Positions 1 through 9,020 of a stretch of DNA of 64,000 nucleotides are shown here, one piece after another. Each line of letters begins with the position of its first letter. Position 1 is the stretch's first letter. The stretch covers positions 119,846-183,845 of the forward strand of contig CAZREW010000002.1 in NCBI GenBank assembly GCA_964599375.1. Reading direction: 5' to 3'. Both the position numbers and the translations under genes were made by a program. Below the pieces are notes generated by a model. It worked only from the letters and a program-made list of their open reading frames with translations. It made no database searches and was not told where the DNA came from. The stretch is from an uncultured bacterium (GTDB lineage: Bacteria > Krumholzibacteriota > Krumholzibacteriia > Krumholzibacteriales > Krumholzibacteriaceae).

Positions 1-1193
1 GAGACCTCGACCTTGGATAGGTCGAGCAGGTCGTTTATCGCGGCGAGGAGCTTCTTGGACTGAGCGTCGATTATCTGCAGGAATTCTCTTCTCGTGCTCT
101 TCTCGATCTCAAAATCGGCGTCCTCTATGAGAGTGTCGGAATAAGCCATGATTATCGACAGGGGCGTCCTGAGCTCGTGGCTGATCCGTCCGAGAAACTC
201 GCTCTTGAGGCGGTCGAGTTGCATCAGCTTCCTGTTTACCTCGGTGAGCTCCCTGTTCTGCACTGTTATCCGCTCCTCTAGCATCTTCCTGTCGGTCACG
301 TCGTGCCCTACGCTGAGGATGTACGGATGTCCCTTGATCTTCACCAGCGTGGCGGCCACATCCAGGTACAGGACCTCCCCGTTCCTTTTCAGGTACGGGA
401 TCTCCGTGAAGGAGGCCGGCTCTCCCTTAAGGACCCTGGCGAGGTTGCTGCGCGAAAGATCCCTCCTGTCGGGCGTCGTGAAGAGCCAGAAACTCTTGCC
501 GATAACCTCCTCGGGGGCATATCCGAACTGCCTGTAAACGATGTCATTGCAATCGACGATCTCCCCAGAGAAGTCGATAAGCATTATCACGTCGCTCGCG
601 TGGCTCATCAGGGTCCGGTACTTTTCACCCAGTTCTCTGTGATTTTCGATAAGCTGGGAATTCTCTATGGCGATGGAGGTCAGCTGGCTGAATTTTGTGA
701 CCAGTTCGAGATCGAACTCGCTGAAGCGGTTCTTCTCGTAGCTTCCGAGGTTGAGAGTTCCGATAAAGAGGTCTTTCGCTATCAACGGCACTACTATGTC
801 CGAACCGAGATTGTCCTCTTTCATGATCTCGGTGAACCTGCGGTCCGCTTGTATATCCCGCCGCAGAACAGGCTTCCTGTGTATAGCCACCCAGCCGACG
901 ACGTTGGACTCTTCCAGTGGAACGAACCTGCCCTCGAAGGAGGTGTCGCCGCTGGGCCTGTAGACGTGCCTGATGTAGAGGCAGTTATCCTCCTTCTCGT
1001 AGATGGCGAGGCAGCCGAGGTCATAGTCGATGATACGCGCGAGTTCACCGGACATCTTGGACAGGATGTGGTCGAGGTCGAGCCGCGAATTGAGCACCTC
1101 CGCCATCTCCATGACGGCGGAAAGCTCCCTTATCAGCTCGTCCTTGTTCCTGGCCGGTGCGTATACTGTATCGAAGAATCGTTCGTGTTCCAT
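1..1193 (-). CDS. sensor histidine kinase (GAF/PAS sensor + HisKA), partial; C-terminal HATPase lies beyond the window start
   Basis: Minus-strand translation gives MEHERFFDTVYAPARNKDELIRELSAVMEMAEVLNSRLDLDHIL... (GAF-like), then ...MQLDRLKSEFLGRISHELRTPLSIIMAYSDTL (H-box), ending ...KKLLAAINDLLDLSKVEV at position 1. The ATG at 1191-1193 is preceded by an in-frame TAA. It is absent from the ORF track because it runs off the window. Confidence 0.8.
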   Translation of the reverse strand, partial: MEHERFFDTVYAPARNKDELIRELSAVMEMAEVLNSRLDLDHILSKMSGELARIIDYDLGCLAIYEKEDNCLYIRHVYRPSGDTSFEGRFVPLEESNVVGWVAIHRKPVLRRDIQADRRFTEIMKEDNLGSDIVVPLIAKDLFIGTLNLGSYEKNRFSEFDLELVTKFSQLTSIAIENSQLIENHRELGEKYRTLMSHASDVIMLIDFSGEIVDCNDIVYRQFGYAPEEVIGKSFWLFTTPDRRDLSRSNLARVLKGEPASFTEIPYLKRNGEVLYLDVAATLVKIKGHPYILSVGHDVTDRKMLEERITVQNRELTEVNRKLMQLDRLKSEFLGRISHELRTPLSIIMAYSDTLIEDADFEIEKSTRREFLQIIDAQSKKLLAAINDLLDLSKVEV

Positions 1194-1301
1194 CGATTAT
1201 CCGCTCAGAGAAATACCCCGGTTCAGACCTGGACAGGTCATGACAAGCATGAAATATTCCACTTTGCGGATGAAAGTCGGAAAGCCGCTTATCCGGCCCA
1301 A

Positions 1302-2936
1302 TCAGCCCCTGAAAGAGAAACGGCTCTTGAAGTGCCTGAGACTCAGGTCCCTGCCATATTCGACGTTTACGGCCGGTATCCTGTCCCTGTTGTCGGCGAG
1401 GACCTTCAGCGCCTCCACGACCGAAAAGAGATCCTGGTCCTCGTAGGCGAGCCTGGGGACCGCGGCCCTCACGTAGTTGACCCTGGGCTCGGGTGGGATC
1501 TCCTTCTCGCCGTCGAATGAGCCGAACGCATATACACCCAGCTCGCAGACACGGTGGCCCGCGATCAGAAGAAGCGCCGTCAGCGAGATCCCCTTGAGCT
1601 CGTCGTCATCGGCTGTGCCGTCGAAAAACCTGTCGAGGTCGATGTAGACCGCGTGCCCTCCGATCGGCCTTATGACCGGGATCCCGGCTTCGAAGAGGTG
1701 ATTGCCGAAACGCACGACCTGCCCTATCCTCGCATCGAGGTACTCGTCGCGCACCACGGTCCTGAGACCCTCGGCTATGGCCTTGAGGTCCCTGCCCGGC
1801 AGTCCGCCGTATGTCGGATGCCCCTCGGCCATGATCTGGTGGTCGGTTATCCCTTCCTTGAAGTGCGGGAACTTCTTCGAGAAATCGCCGTCCCTGCGGA
1901 TGACGAGGGCTCCGCCCATGTTGACGAGTCCGTCCTTCTTCAAGCTTATGTGGAACCCGTCGGCGTAGCGGAACATCTCGTGGACGATCTGACTGATCGA
2001 GGAATCCCAGAACTCGTCCTCGCGCTTTTTTATGAACCACGCGTTCTCGGCGAATCTGCAGGCATCGAAGAAGAACGGAACGCCGTGCTTGCGCGTGACA
2101 TTGCGAATCTGGCGTATGTTGTCGATGGAGACCGGCTGCCCGCCTCCAGTGTTGTTCGTGATGGTCAGATATACCAGGGGCACACGGTCCCTCTCGTGCT
2201 CGAGCAGGTTATCGAGCTCCTCCACGTCCATGTTGCCGCGGAACGGGTAGATCTCGTTTCCCTCCAGGTGCTCACGGCAGGGGAGGTTGAGTGGGATCAT
2301 ATTCTTGTCCTCGATGTTCCCCTGCGTCGTGTCGAAGTGCGAGTTGCTGGGGATTATCCAGACGGGCGAGCCGTTGGAATGCCCGTTCGAGTCCAGCTTC
2401 GACTCGATCCGGTTCCTCAGCTCAGACATCAGCCCCTTCGAAAGAGGGGCGTCGCTCCCCCTGCCGGCGGCGGCCAGCTGCCTGGCCAGCACCGAGAAGA
2501 AGGCGTTCTCCGCAGCCCTTCCCTGGTGAAAAAGAAAGAGGCTCTCGGAAGAGCCTCCGGTAAAATTATCCTTCTCACACCAGCCGGCGCCGAACGTCTC
2601 GGCGAACTGCGCCCTGAGCTCGAAATAACCCTCGTTCGAGCCGTAAGCCTCGTCGCCGAGCATCATCGCGGCCCACTGTTCCATCGTCATCGTCGTTGTC
2701 CCCGAGTCGGAGAGAAGGTCGCACCCGGGTATCATGTCGGCCCTGAAGAGGAAGGCATTGAGCCCGGCCTCGTTTATCAGTATGTCCCGCCTCTGCTCGA
2801 AATCGTCGATCGAGCACCGGCGGAACCTCACCACGGCGTTCCGGTACGGCCTCGGTCTGAACCACTGGCCCGGCTCTTCCGGGGTGTCGATGCTCTCGCG
2901 GAACTTCTTGATAAAGAAGGCTGTCGAATCGGACAT
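1302..2936 (-). CDS. tnaA: tryptophanase / tyrosine phenol-lyase family PLP-dependent beta-eliminating lyase (likely tryptophan indole-lyase by context)
   Basis: 544-aa ORF alignable along its full length to the Tnase/TPL family (DLLSDSGTTTMT, PVSIDNIRQIRNVTRKHGVPFFFDACRFAENAWFIKKRE, KKDGLVNMGGAL). Its start overlaps the trpS stop by 1 nt (ATGA). Confidence 0.85.
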   Translation of the reverse strand: MSDSTAFFIKKFRESIDTPEEPGQWFRPRPYRNAVVRFRRCSIDDFEQRRDILINEAGLNAFLFRADMIPGCDLLSDSGTTTMTMEQWAAMMLGDEAYGSNEGYFELRAQFAETFGAGWCEKDNFTGGSSESLFLFHQGRAAENAFFSVLARQLAAAGRGSDAPLSKGLMSELRNRIESKLDSNGHSNGSPVWIIPSNSHFDTTQGNIEDKNMIPLNLPCREHLEGNEIYPFRGNMDVEELDNLLEHERDRVPLVYLTITNNTGGGQPVSIDNIRQIRNVTRKHGVPFFFDACRFAENAWFIKKREDEFWDSSISQIVHEMFRYADGFHISLKKDGLVNMGGALVIRRDGDFSKKFPHFKEGITDHQIMAEGHPTYGGLPGRDLKAIAEGLRTVVRDEYLDARIGQVVRFGNHLFEAGIPVIRPIGGHAVYIDLDRFFDGTADDDELKGISLTALLLIAGHRVCELGVYAFGSFDGEKEIPPEPRVNYVRAAVPRLAYEDQDLFSVVEALKVLADNRDRIPAVNVEYGRDLSLRHFKSRFSFRG

Positions 2937-3961
2937 CAGACGTTCTCCCTCGTCGGAATGTTCATCACTTCCCTGACTTCCCTCATCGTCTCTCTCGCTA
3001 TACCGCGGGCCTTGTCCGCTCCCGCTCCCAGGATCTCTCTGACCCGCTCAGGAGAGGCCTCCAGCCCGGCACGTCTCTCGCGTATCGGCTCGAGGGCGGC
3101 GTTCATCTTCTCAGCGAGCTCCATCTTGCAGGAGACGCAGCCTCTCTCTCCCGACTCGCACTCGTCCCTGATCGTCTCCAGCTCCGCCCTGTTGTATATC
3201 CCGTGGAATGCGTAGACGACGCACCCGTCCGGATGGCCGGGATCGTCCCTTCTTATCTTCACCGGATCGGTGAACATCGTCCGGATCTTCTTCGTCGTCT
3301 CTTCGGCGCTGAGGTTCGTCGCGATATAGTTCCCCGAGCTCTTGCTCATCTTTTTGTCGACGCCATCGAGACCCGGAACCTTGGGGACCTCTGTCAGGAG
3401 GGCCTCGGTGATCGGGAAGACCTCTCGCCCGTAGAGGGAGTTGAACCTCTGCCCGAGGTCCCTGGTCATGTTGATGTGGGCCTCCTGGTCCTTGCCGACG
3501 GGGACGAAATCCCCCTTGTAGGCGAGGATGTCGGCCGACTGCAGGGTCGGATAGCCGAGGAGCCCGAGGCTGGGGTTCTCGATCCTGTATCCCTGCACCA
3601 TGTCCTTGTACGTGGGATTACGCTCGAGCCAGCCGAGAGGAGTGATCATCGAGAAGATCAGGTGCAGCTCGGCCACCTCGGGGACGTGCGACTGCACGAA
3701 TATCGAGCACTTCTCCGGATCGAGCCCCGCTGCGAGCCAGTCGACGGCCATCTCGTGAACGTTAGCCCTCAGATCGCCTACGTTCTCGAATCCGACCGCT
3801 CCGCCTCCGCCCGGAGTCGTCAGGGCGTGCCAGTCTACGATGAAATAAAAGCAGTCATACTGGTCCTGGAGCCTTACCCAGTTGTCGAGCGCGCCGAGCA
3901 GGTTGCCCAGGTGGATGCTCCCTGTCGGCCTCATACCGCTTGTGACCCTTTTCCTCGCCAT
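2936..3961 (-). CDS. trpS: tryptophanyl-tRNA synthetase
   Basis: 341 aa; N-terminal MRPTGSIHLGNLLGA (HIGH-type motif) and KMSKSSGN (KMSKS motif); class I TrpRS architecture. Confidence 0.95.
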   Translation of the reverse strand: MARKRVTSGMRPTGSIHLGNLLGALDNWVRLQDQYDCFYFIVDWHALTTPGGGGAVGFENVGDLRANVHEMAVDWLAAGLDPEKCSIFVQSHVPEVAELHLIFSMITPLGWLERNPTYKDMVQGYRIENPSLGLLGYPTLQSADILAYKGDFVPVGKDQEAHINMTRDLGQRFNSLYGREVFPITEALLTEVPKVPGLDGVDKKMSKSSGNYIATNLSAEETTKKIRTMFTDPVKIRRDDPGHPDGCVVYAFHGIYNRAELETIRDECESGERGCVSCKMELAEKMNAALEPIRERRAGLEASPERVREILGAGADKARGIARETMREVREVMNIPTRENV

Positions 3962-4030
3962 ATGTGATCTCCTTCCGGCCGGACCGGTTTCGCATTATGG
4001 CAGTATTCGCGGATGCTGGAAATAAAAAAG

Positions 4031-4104
4031 TAGGGGAGGCAGGACTCGAACCCGCAACCCCCGGTTTTGGAGACCGGTGCTCTAGCCAGTTGAGCTACAC
4101 CCCT
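4031..4104 (-). tRNA. tRNA-Trp (anticodon CCA)
   Basis: Minus strand reads AGGGGTG TA GCTC AACTGGCTA GAGC A CCGGT CTCCAAA ACCGG GGGTT GCGGG TTCGAGT CCTGC CTCCCCT A. It has a cloverleaf with GG in the D-loop, a TTCGAGT T-loop, and U33-CCA-A37 in the anticodon loop. It is near-identical in layout to E. coli tRNA-Trp. CCA is not encoded. There is one U-U mismatch at 6-67 in the acceptor stem. Confidence 0.85.
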
Positions 4105-4215
4105 ACATATGATCCAATCGTAGGGGAAATAATATAGATTCGCTCTGGAATGTCAAGCCGTTTGGGCGGACCGCCTTATGTGCGATCCCCGCTCTGCTCC
4201 GCCTGTAGACTGAAA

Positions 4216-4243
4216 TGGGGAGGGAGCCGCACGGCTCCCTCCC
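4216..4243 (-). terminator. rho-independent terminator-like hairpin downstream of pepD (GGGGAGGGAGCC-GCAC-GGCTCCCTCCCC)
   Basis: Perfect 12-bp stem seen in sequence, followed on the minus strand by ATTTCAGT. Lies 28 nt past the pepD stop. Confidence 0.5.
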
Positions 4244-4270
4244 CCTGCCTGTGGTCTATCCTGACGGCCC

Positions 4271-5725
4271 TCAGCCTGCCAGTTTCGTTACTAGTGCCGA
4301 GAGAAGCCCGTAGAACTTCCCGACCGAGGAAACGTTGACCCTCTCGTCGGGCGAATGCGGGTGCTGGATGTCGGGGCCGAACGAGATCATGTCCATCCCG
4401 GGGAACTTCTCCCCGATGATACCGCACTCGAGGCCGGCATGGATGGCGATCGTCTTGGGCTCCGCTCCGAAGACCTCCTTGTGAACGCCCTTGAAGACCT
4501 TCAGGAGGTCCGAGTCGACGTTGGGCATCCATCCGGGGTAAGGATCGTTCTCGACTACCGAAGCACCGGCGAGCCTTGACATGGCGGCTATCCTGTCGCG
4601 CAGGGCCTGCAGGGCCGTCTTTATCGAGCTTCTCGTCGACGTGCCGATCTTCGCCTCGCCGTCAGTCATCGAGATCGTGGCGAGGTTGTTCGAAGTCTCC
4701 ACCAGACCTGCGATATCGTAGTTCATCGCCTCTACGCCATGCGGCAGGGCGATGAGCAGGTCGAGAAGGGTCGCCTGGCTTGCGCCGTCGAGGACCTTGC
4801 TGCCGCCGCTGTCGGACGGGGCGAGCGACGCGCCAAGATCCTTCTCCCTGCCTCCGAGCTCGATCGCGATCTTCGCTATCTGGTCGGAGACGAGCTCCTT
4901 GACGTCCTTTACGGCCGTATCGAGGATCATCAGCTCGGCGAACGCCTCGCGGGGGATCGCGTTACGCTTGTTGCCCCCCCTGATCTCGACCAGGTGCGCG
5001 GGCTGGCTCCCGGTTATCATGGCGACCAGCCTCGTTATGATCTTTATCGCGTTGCCGCGCTGCTCGTGGATGTCGATCCCCGAGTGCCCCCCGCGCAGCC
5101 CGGATACCTTGAGCGTGAACGGTTTCGTCCCGGCGGGCGCGTCTATGCGTTTTATGGGAAGGGTGATAGTCGAGTCGCCGCCGCCGGCGCATCCGATCGT
5201 CACCTCGCCGAGTGCCTCGCTGTCGAGGTTCAACATGACGGAGCCCTTCAGAAATCCCGGCTTGATCTTGCCTGCGCCGGTCAGGCCGACTTCCTCGTCG
5301 ACTGTGGCAAGGATCTCCAGTGGCCCGTGAACGACGTCGTCCGCCTCGGCTATCGCCATGCCGGAGGCGAGGCCTATGCCGTTATCCGCGCCGAGGGTCG
5401 TACCCTTCGCGGTGAGCCAGTCGCCGTCCATCTCCGTCTGGATCGCGTCCTTCATGAAATCAAAGTCGATATCTGAGTTCTTCTCTCCGACCATGTCCAT
5501 GTGTCCCTGGAGCACGATGACAGGCGCTTTCTCCTTGCCGGGGGTCGCGGGGACCCTGACGACGACGTTGCCGGTCTCGTCCTGCTCCGCGTCGAAACCC
5601 TTTGCGGCCGCCCATTCCAGCAGGTACTCGCCCATCCCGGCCTCGTTCCCCGACGTATGCGGTATCGAAAGGAATTTCTCGAAATGTACCCACAGATCCT
5701 TCGGTTCCATTCCGCTAAGCGACAT
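4271..5725 (-). CDS. pepD: aminoacyl-histidine dipeptidase (Xaa-His dipeptidase, M20C family)
   Basis: 484 aa; N-terminus LxPKDLWVHFEKFLSIPHTSGNE and a metal-binding HMDMV..DNGIGLA pattern typical of PepD. Confidence 0.9.
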   Translation of the reverse strand: MSLSGMEPKDLWVHFEKFLSIPHTSGNEAGMGEYLLEWAAAKGFDAEQDETGNVVVRVPATPGKEKAPVIVLQGHMDMVGEKNSDIDFDFMKDAIQTEMDGDWLTAKGTTLGADNGIGLASGMAIAEADDVVHGPLEILATVDEEVGLTGAGKIKPGFLKGSVMLNLDSEALGEVTIGCAGGGDSTITLPIKRIDAPAGTKPFTLKVSGLRGGHSGIDIHEQRGNAIKIITRLVAMITGSQPAHLVEIRGGNKRNAIPREAFAELMILDTAVKDVKELVSDQIAKIAIELGGREKDLGASLAPSDSGGSKVLDGASQATLLDLLIALPHGVEAMNYDIAGLVETSNNLATISMTDGEAKIGTSTRSSIKTALQALRDRIAAMSRLAGASVVENDPYPGWMPNVDSDLLKVFKGVHKEVFGAEPKTIAIHAGLECGIIGEKFPGMDMISFGPDIQHPHSPDERVNVSSVGKFYGLLSALVTKLAG

Positions 5726-5879
5726 TCTCCTCGACCTCCTCTTCCTGTCCGTTCAGTGAATAGTGACAGATGTATTGTATATCCAGGTTCCCGGCATCCT
5801 GAGGGGGGGCCGGGCACTGGATTATAAGCAAGCCCGCCTGGGCGGTCAAGGCTTCCATTGGAGCGCCCGGTGAAGTATC

Positions 5880-6308
5880 ATGTCCGCGGGCATCATCATG
5901 GAGGCTGATTTGATAAGGGAGATAGCGGTAAAGACGAAAAGGCGCGTCGAGCTCGTAGACATCACATCGAGGATACGGGACCTGATAGAGGAAAGCGGAG
6001 TAGTAGAAGGGATCTGCCACATCTTCGTCCCACATACGACAGCGGCAGTGACCATCAACGAGAAGGCCGACCCGGCCGTAGCGTCCGACATATCGAAGAC
6101 ACTCGAGAAGATCGTGCCGGAAGGCTGGGAGTACAGGCACGCTGAAGGGAACTCGGACGCGCACGTGAAGTCGTCGCTGGTCGGAGCAAGCGAGATGGTA
6201 ATTATAACAGGCGGGCGGCCCCTGCTGGGCACCTGGCAGGCCGTATTCTTCTGCGAGTTCGACGGCCCGCGCTCGAGGCTCTGTTTCGTGAGGATCACAG
6301 GGGAGTGA
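5880..6308 (+). CDS. YjbQ/UPF0047 family protein (secondary thiamine-phosphate synthase-like)
   Basis: 142 aa with the family motifs VELVDITSRI, GICHIFVPHTTAAVTINE, NSDAHVKSSLVGAS. Confidence 0.8.
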   Translation: MSAGIIMEADLIREIAVKTKRRVELVDITSRIRDLIEESGVVEGICHIFVPHTTAAVTINEKADPAVASDISKTLEKIVPEGWEYRHAEGNSDAHVKSSLVGASEMVIITGGRPLLGTWQAVFFCEFDGPRSRLCFVRITGE

Positions 6309-7472
6309 TCACCAGGGATAAAGGTCGAATGTGAACCCCAGAAGTATCCTCTCCTCCCTTTCGAAGAAGGGGAACCTGCGGCCCCAGTCGACGGCCAGCT
6401 CGAGGTCGGGATGGTACGGGCGCCCTTCCGGTCTGCCGAGCGCTTCGCGCAGTAGAAGCCTCACCCTCGCGCGCTGCAGGTAATTCCAGTCCCCACCGTC
6501 CGGATGGCAGGCCTCCACACTGTATGAGAGCTGAAGGCTTGCCGCCAGGGTCCAGGTGGCCCGCGCGATCAGCAGCGGTCCGCCTTCGGAAAGGCCCGCT
6601 CCAGCCTCCGTCGAGTCGTACCAGGCATATCCAGCACCGAGGTCGACCCCCTTCAGGACGCTCACGGCGTGCCTGTTGAGCGGGTCGAACAGGTTGTCGA
6701 GCCTGACCGTCCCTGCAGCCATCGCCGAGGAGGCGGTCCGTATCGATCCGGAGTAGGAAGACTCCCGGTCATAGACATATCCCCCCTCGATACTCAGCCG
6801 CACGAGGCCGGTCCATTTTCTAGCCGCCGCCTTTACCCCGCTTCTCATCCTCGAGGTGGACCTCTCGACGCCTCCGGATGTATATGTCGTGCCATCGTGC
6901 GTGAAGAACGGCGTGACCGAAAGCCATCCACGGCCGAACCCCGGCTCGATGGCTATATCGGTCGATCCCCTCGACGAGGTAAAGTCATATCCGGCCGACA
7001 GTCTGTTCCATCTGTACTCCTCGCCGTACGCCGAGAAAGCGGGAGCGATATTGTCGCGGAAGAAGCCGGCGACTCCTCCCCTGGCGTGCGAAGGCTCCCT
7101 GCCCGCCGGATCACATATCGACCGCAGCCGCATGGCGGCCTCTCCATTGCCGTAAGAGACCGAGTAGCACGTCCTGCCTTTCAGCCTCCCCGACGAGAGG
7201 ACGACGAACCTGCCGCGGTCGCCGCCCGATAAGATCTCGACGCGCGAGGGATCGAACGACTCACCCGTCTCGTCATCGGTGATGGTGAAATCGCGGCGAT
7301 CCAGATCGCCTGATCCTATGGTGTCTGCCGCGGCGGAGAGCCCCAGCTCGATCCAGTAATGTCCCCTCTCGAAGAACACGGCGCTCTCTCCCGTGAACAG
7401 GGAGCCGGCGCCGGCCGCGGGAGGGACAAGGATAAAAGATATTGCCGCGGCGAAGATGAATCTGATCCTCAC
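6309..7472 (-). CDS. hypothetical secreted protein, possible outer-membrane beta-barrel
   Basis: 387 aa; N-terminal signal peptide (MRIRFIFAAAISFILVPPAAGAG); Gly/Ser/Tyr-rich; C-terminus ...LGFTFDLYPW ends in aromatic residues like OMP beta-signals. Start overlaps the upstream gene's stop by 1 nt. Confidence 0.6.
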   Translation of the reverse strand: MRIRFIFAAAISFILVPPAAGAGSLFTGESAVFFERGHYWIELGLSAAADTIGSGDLDRRDFTITDDETGESFDPSRVEILSGGDRGRFVVLSSGRLKGRTCYSVSYGNGEAAMRLRSICDPAGREPSHARGGVAGFFRDNIAPAFSAYGEEYRWNRLSAGYDFTSSRGSTDIAIEPGFGRGWLSVTPFFTHDGTTYTSGGVERSTSRMRSGVKAAARKWTGLVRLSIEGGYVYDRESSYSGSIRTASSAMAAGTVRLDNLFDPLNRHAVSVLKGVDLGAGYAWYDSTEAGAGLSEGGPLLIARATWTLAASLQLSYSVEACHPDGGDWNYLQRARVRLLLREALGRPEGRPYHPDLELAVDWGRRFPFFEREERILLGFTFDLYPW

Positions 7473-7786
7473 TACTCTTCCTCCTCTCCGGCTCCGGCCC
7501 TGAGAAGATGCTCGGCGTACTGGGGAAAACTTTCTCTTCTGTCATAGTGGGCGACCGCTTTTTCCCCGACGCCGGTCGATTCGCCGAGCACCTCGAGGAT
7601 ATCGTCGAGCGTCTCGCCGTCCGGGATGTACTGAGCCTCGAAATCGCTTATCGGCGGCGGCTCTTCGGCTTCCACGTATATCTCGAGAAAATCCCCGCCG
7701 CTGATGCCGGTCCTAGAGGAGAAAGCCTCGGCGATCTTCGAGTATATCCAGTACCTTCTGTCCGTCCAGTTCATGAACCCCTCCAT
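7472..7786 (-). CDS. hypothetical acidic small protein (104 aa, poly-Glu C-terminus)
   Basis: ORF with coding-like composition, translationally coupled (1-nt overlap) to the downstream secreted protein gene. No family recognised. Confidence 0.5.
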   Translation of the reverse strand: MEGFMNWTDRRYWIYSKIAEAFSSRTGISGGDFLEIYVEAEEPPPISDFEAQYIPDGETLDDILEVLGESTGVGEKAVAHYDRRESFPQYAEHLLRAGAGEEEE

Positions 7787-8351
7787 GCGGCAGATGACCA
7801 GGCAGGCTGAATGTGATCTCTGTTTTTCGAAGGAAGATACTAATACACGAGGGACTGGTGTGGCAAGGAAGAGCAGGGGTGCGGGCTGCCGTCACTCCGG
7901 TCCGGTCCGGGCATGAAAATGCCGCCTGAAAACGGCCTTAGCTCCTTGGAAGTGGAAAGCGATCCTAAGGGACTCTCACCGGAGCGTTGCTGGCCGAACC
8001 TGACGGATCAGGTGGAAGTCCTCTCCCGATAAGCGGCTCATCTCCTAGGGGAAGAGATGGGGTTTTGTGGTAGGAAGGAAAAAACTCCCGTTATATTCAG
8101 GCGGCAAACCCAAATCGATATTTGTCTGTCTCTATTCCTCTAACGACCTCCGTATTGTCGTTGTTCCGGGCAGTCAGGATCTTTTCGATTTTTCTCGTTT
8201 CAATTGTCTTTTTGATCTACCCGAAAGCCTTTTCGTCCGCATCAACGGACAGATTAATCATAACGGATCTTTCGCAGCAATACTATAGGGGATTCGACCT
8301 ATTTTCACGAGGGTTTCCGGCATTCATGCCGCTGGCCGTGAGATGTCAGTA

Positions 8352-9020
8352 TCATCGCTCGAGATCCAGATCGACGAGGCCTATCTGAATAGCATAGCGC
8401 ACCAGCCCCGCCGTCTCGTGTATGCCGAGCTTGTTCATGATATTCGCCCGATGGTTCTCCACCGTCTTTACACTGATGAACTTCTTCTCCCCAATCTGCT
8501 TGCTCGTGTATCCCTCGGCGATAAGCTGGAGTATCTCCCTTTCCCTGTTGGTCAACCTGCTGAACTCGTCCGGCGTTTTTCCCGACCTCTTGTGCTTCTC
8601 ATACTTTTCGAGTGCGTCGGAGGACATCTCGGAGCTGATGTAGAACTCCCCGCTCATCACGGTCTCGATCGCCTTGAGCAGGATATTGACGTCCTCTCCC
8701 TTGACCACGTACCCGTCCGCCCCCGCGTCGAGAGCACCGAAGAGATAGCTCTCCTCGTTATGTATCGTCAGGATGACCACCTTTGCGCTCGGAACATCCT
8801 TCTTGATTCGGGATGTCGCCTCGATACCACGCATTATAGGCATGCTGATGTCCATGATAACGACGTCGGGCACCAGTTCCACGGCCTTTGTTATCGCGTC
8901 CTGTCCGTTATCGACTTCACCTACGACATCGATGGATTCCTCCTCCACAAGCCTCCTTACACCCTGCCTGAACATCGTGTGGTCCTCGACAAGCAGTACC
9001 CTGACTTTATCCTTCATCAC
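8352..9020 (-). CDS. NarL/LuxR-family response regulator (REC + LuxR-type HTH)
   Basis: 222 aa; VLLVEDH...D...IMDISMP receiver motifs; C-terminal LTNREREILQLIAEGYTSKQIGEKKFISVKTVENHRANIMNKLG HTH. Overlaps the upstream kinase gene by 14 nt. Confidence 0.9.
   Translation of the reverse strand: MMKDKVRVLLVEDHTMFRQGVRRLVEEESIDVVGEVDNGQDAITKAVELVPDVVIMDISMPIMRGIEATSRIKKDVPSAKVVILTIHNEESYLFGALDAGADGYVVKGEDVNILLKAIETVMSGEFYISSEMSSDALEKYEKHKRSGKTPDEFSRLTNREREILQLIAEGYTSKQIGEKKFISVKTVENHRANIMNKLGIHETAGLVRYAIQIGLVDLDLER

Noticed and set aside
303-1520. 405-aa + strand ORF from the track
   Set aside because: It lies antisense to the histidine kinase, whose frame shows H-box and GAF motifs. Its translation is Arg/Pro/Gly/Val-rich with no motifs, so it is a typical high-GC shadow ORF.
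1554-3215. 553-aa + strand ORF
   Set aside because: Entirely antisense to the tryptophanase-family and trpS genes, both with unambiguous family motifs. Composition is RPG-rich and non-protein-like.
7858-7875. Sigma-54-like TGGCA...GC element
   Set aside because: GG-to-GC spacing is off by one from the -24/-12 consensus, and no + strand gene follows.
8270-8340. GGGGATTCGACC motif resembling a tRNA T-arm or tmRNA 5' end
   Set aside because: No complementary acceptor strand, anticodon arm or tmRNA 3' tRNA-like end could be assembled on either strand. It also overlaps the end of the response-regulator gene.
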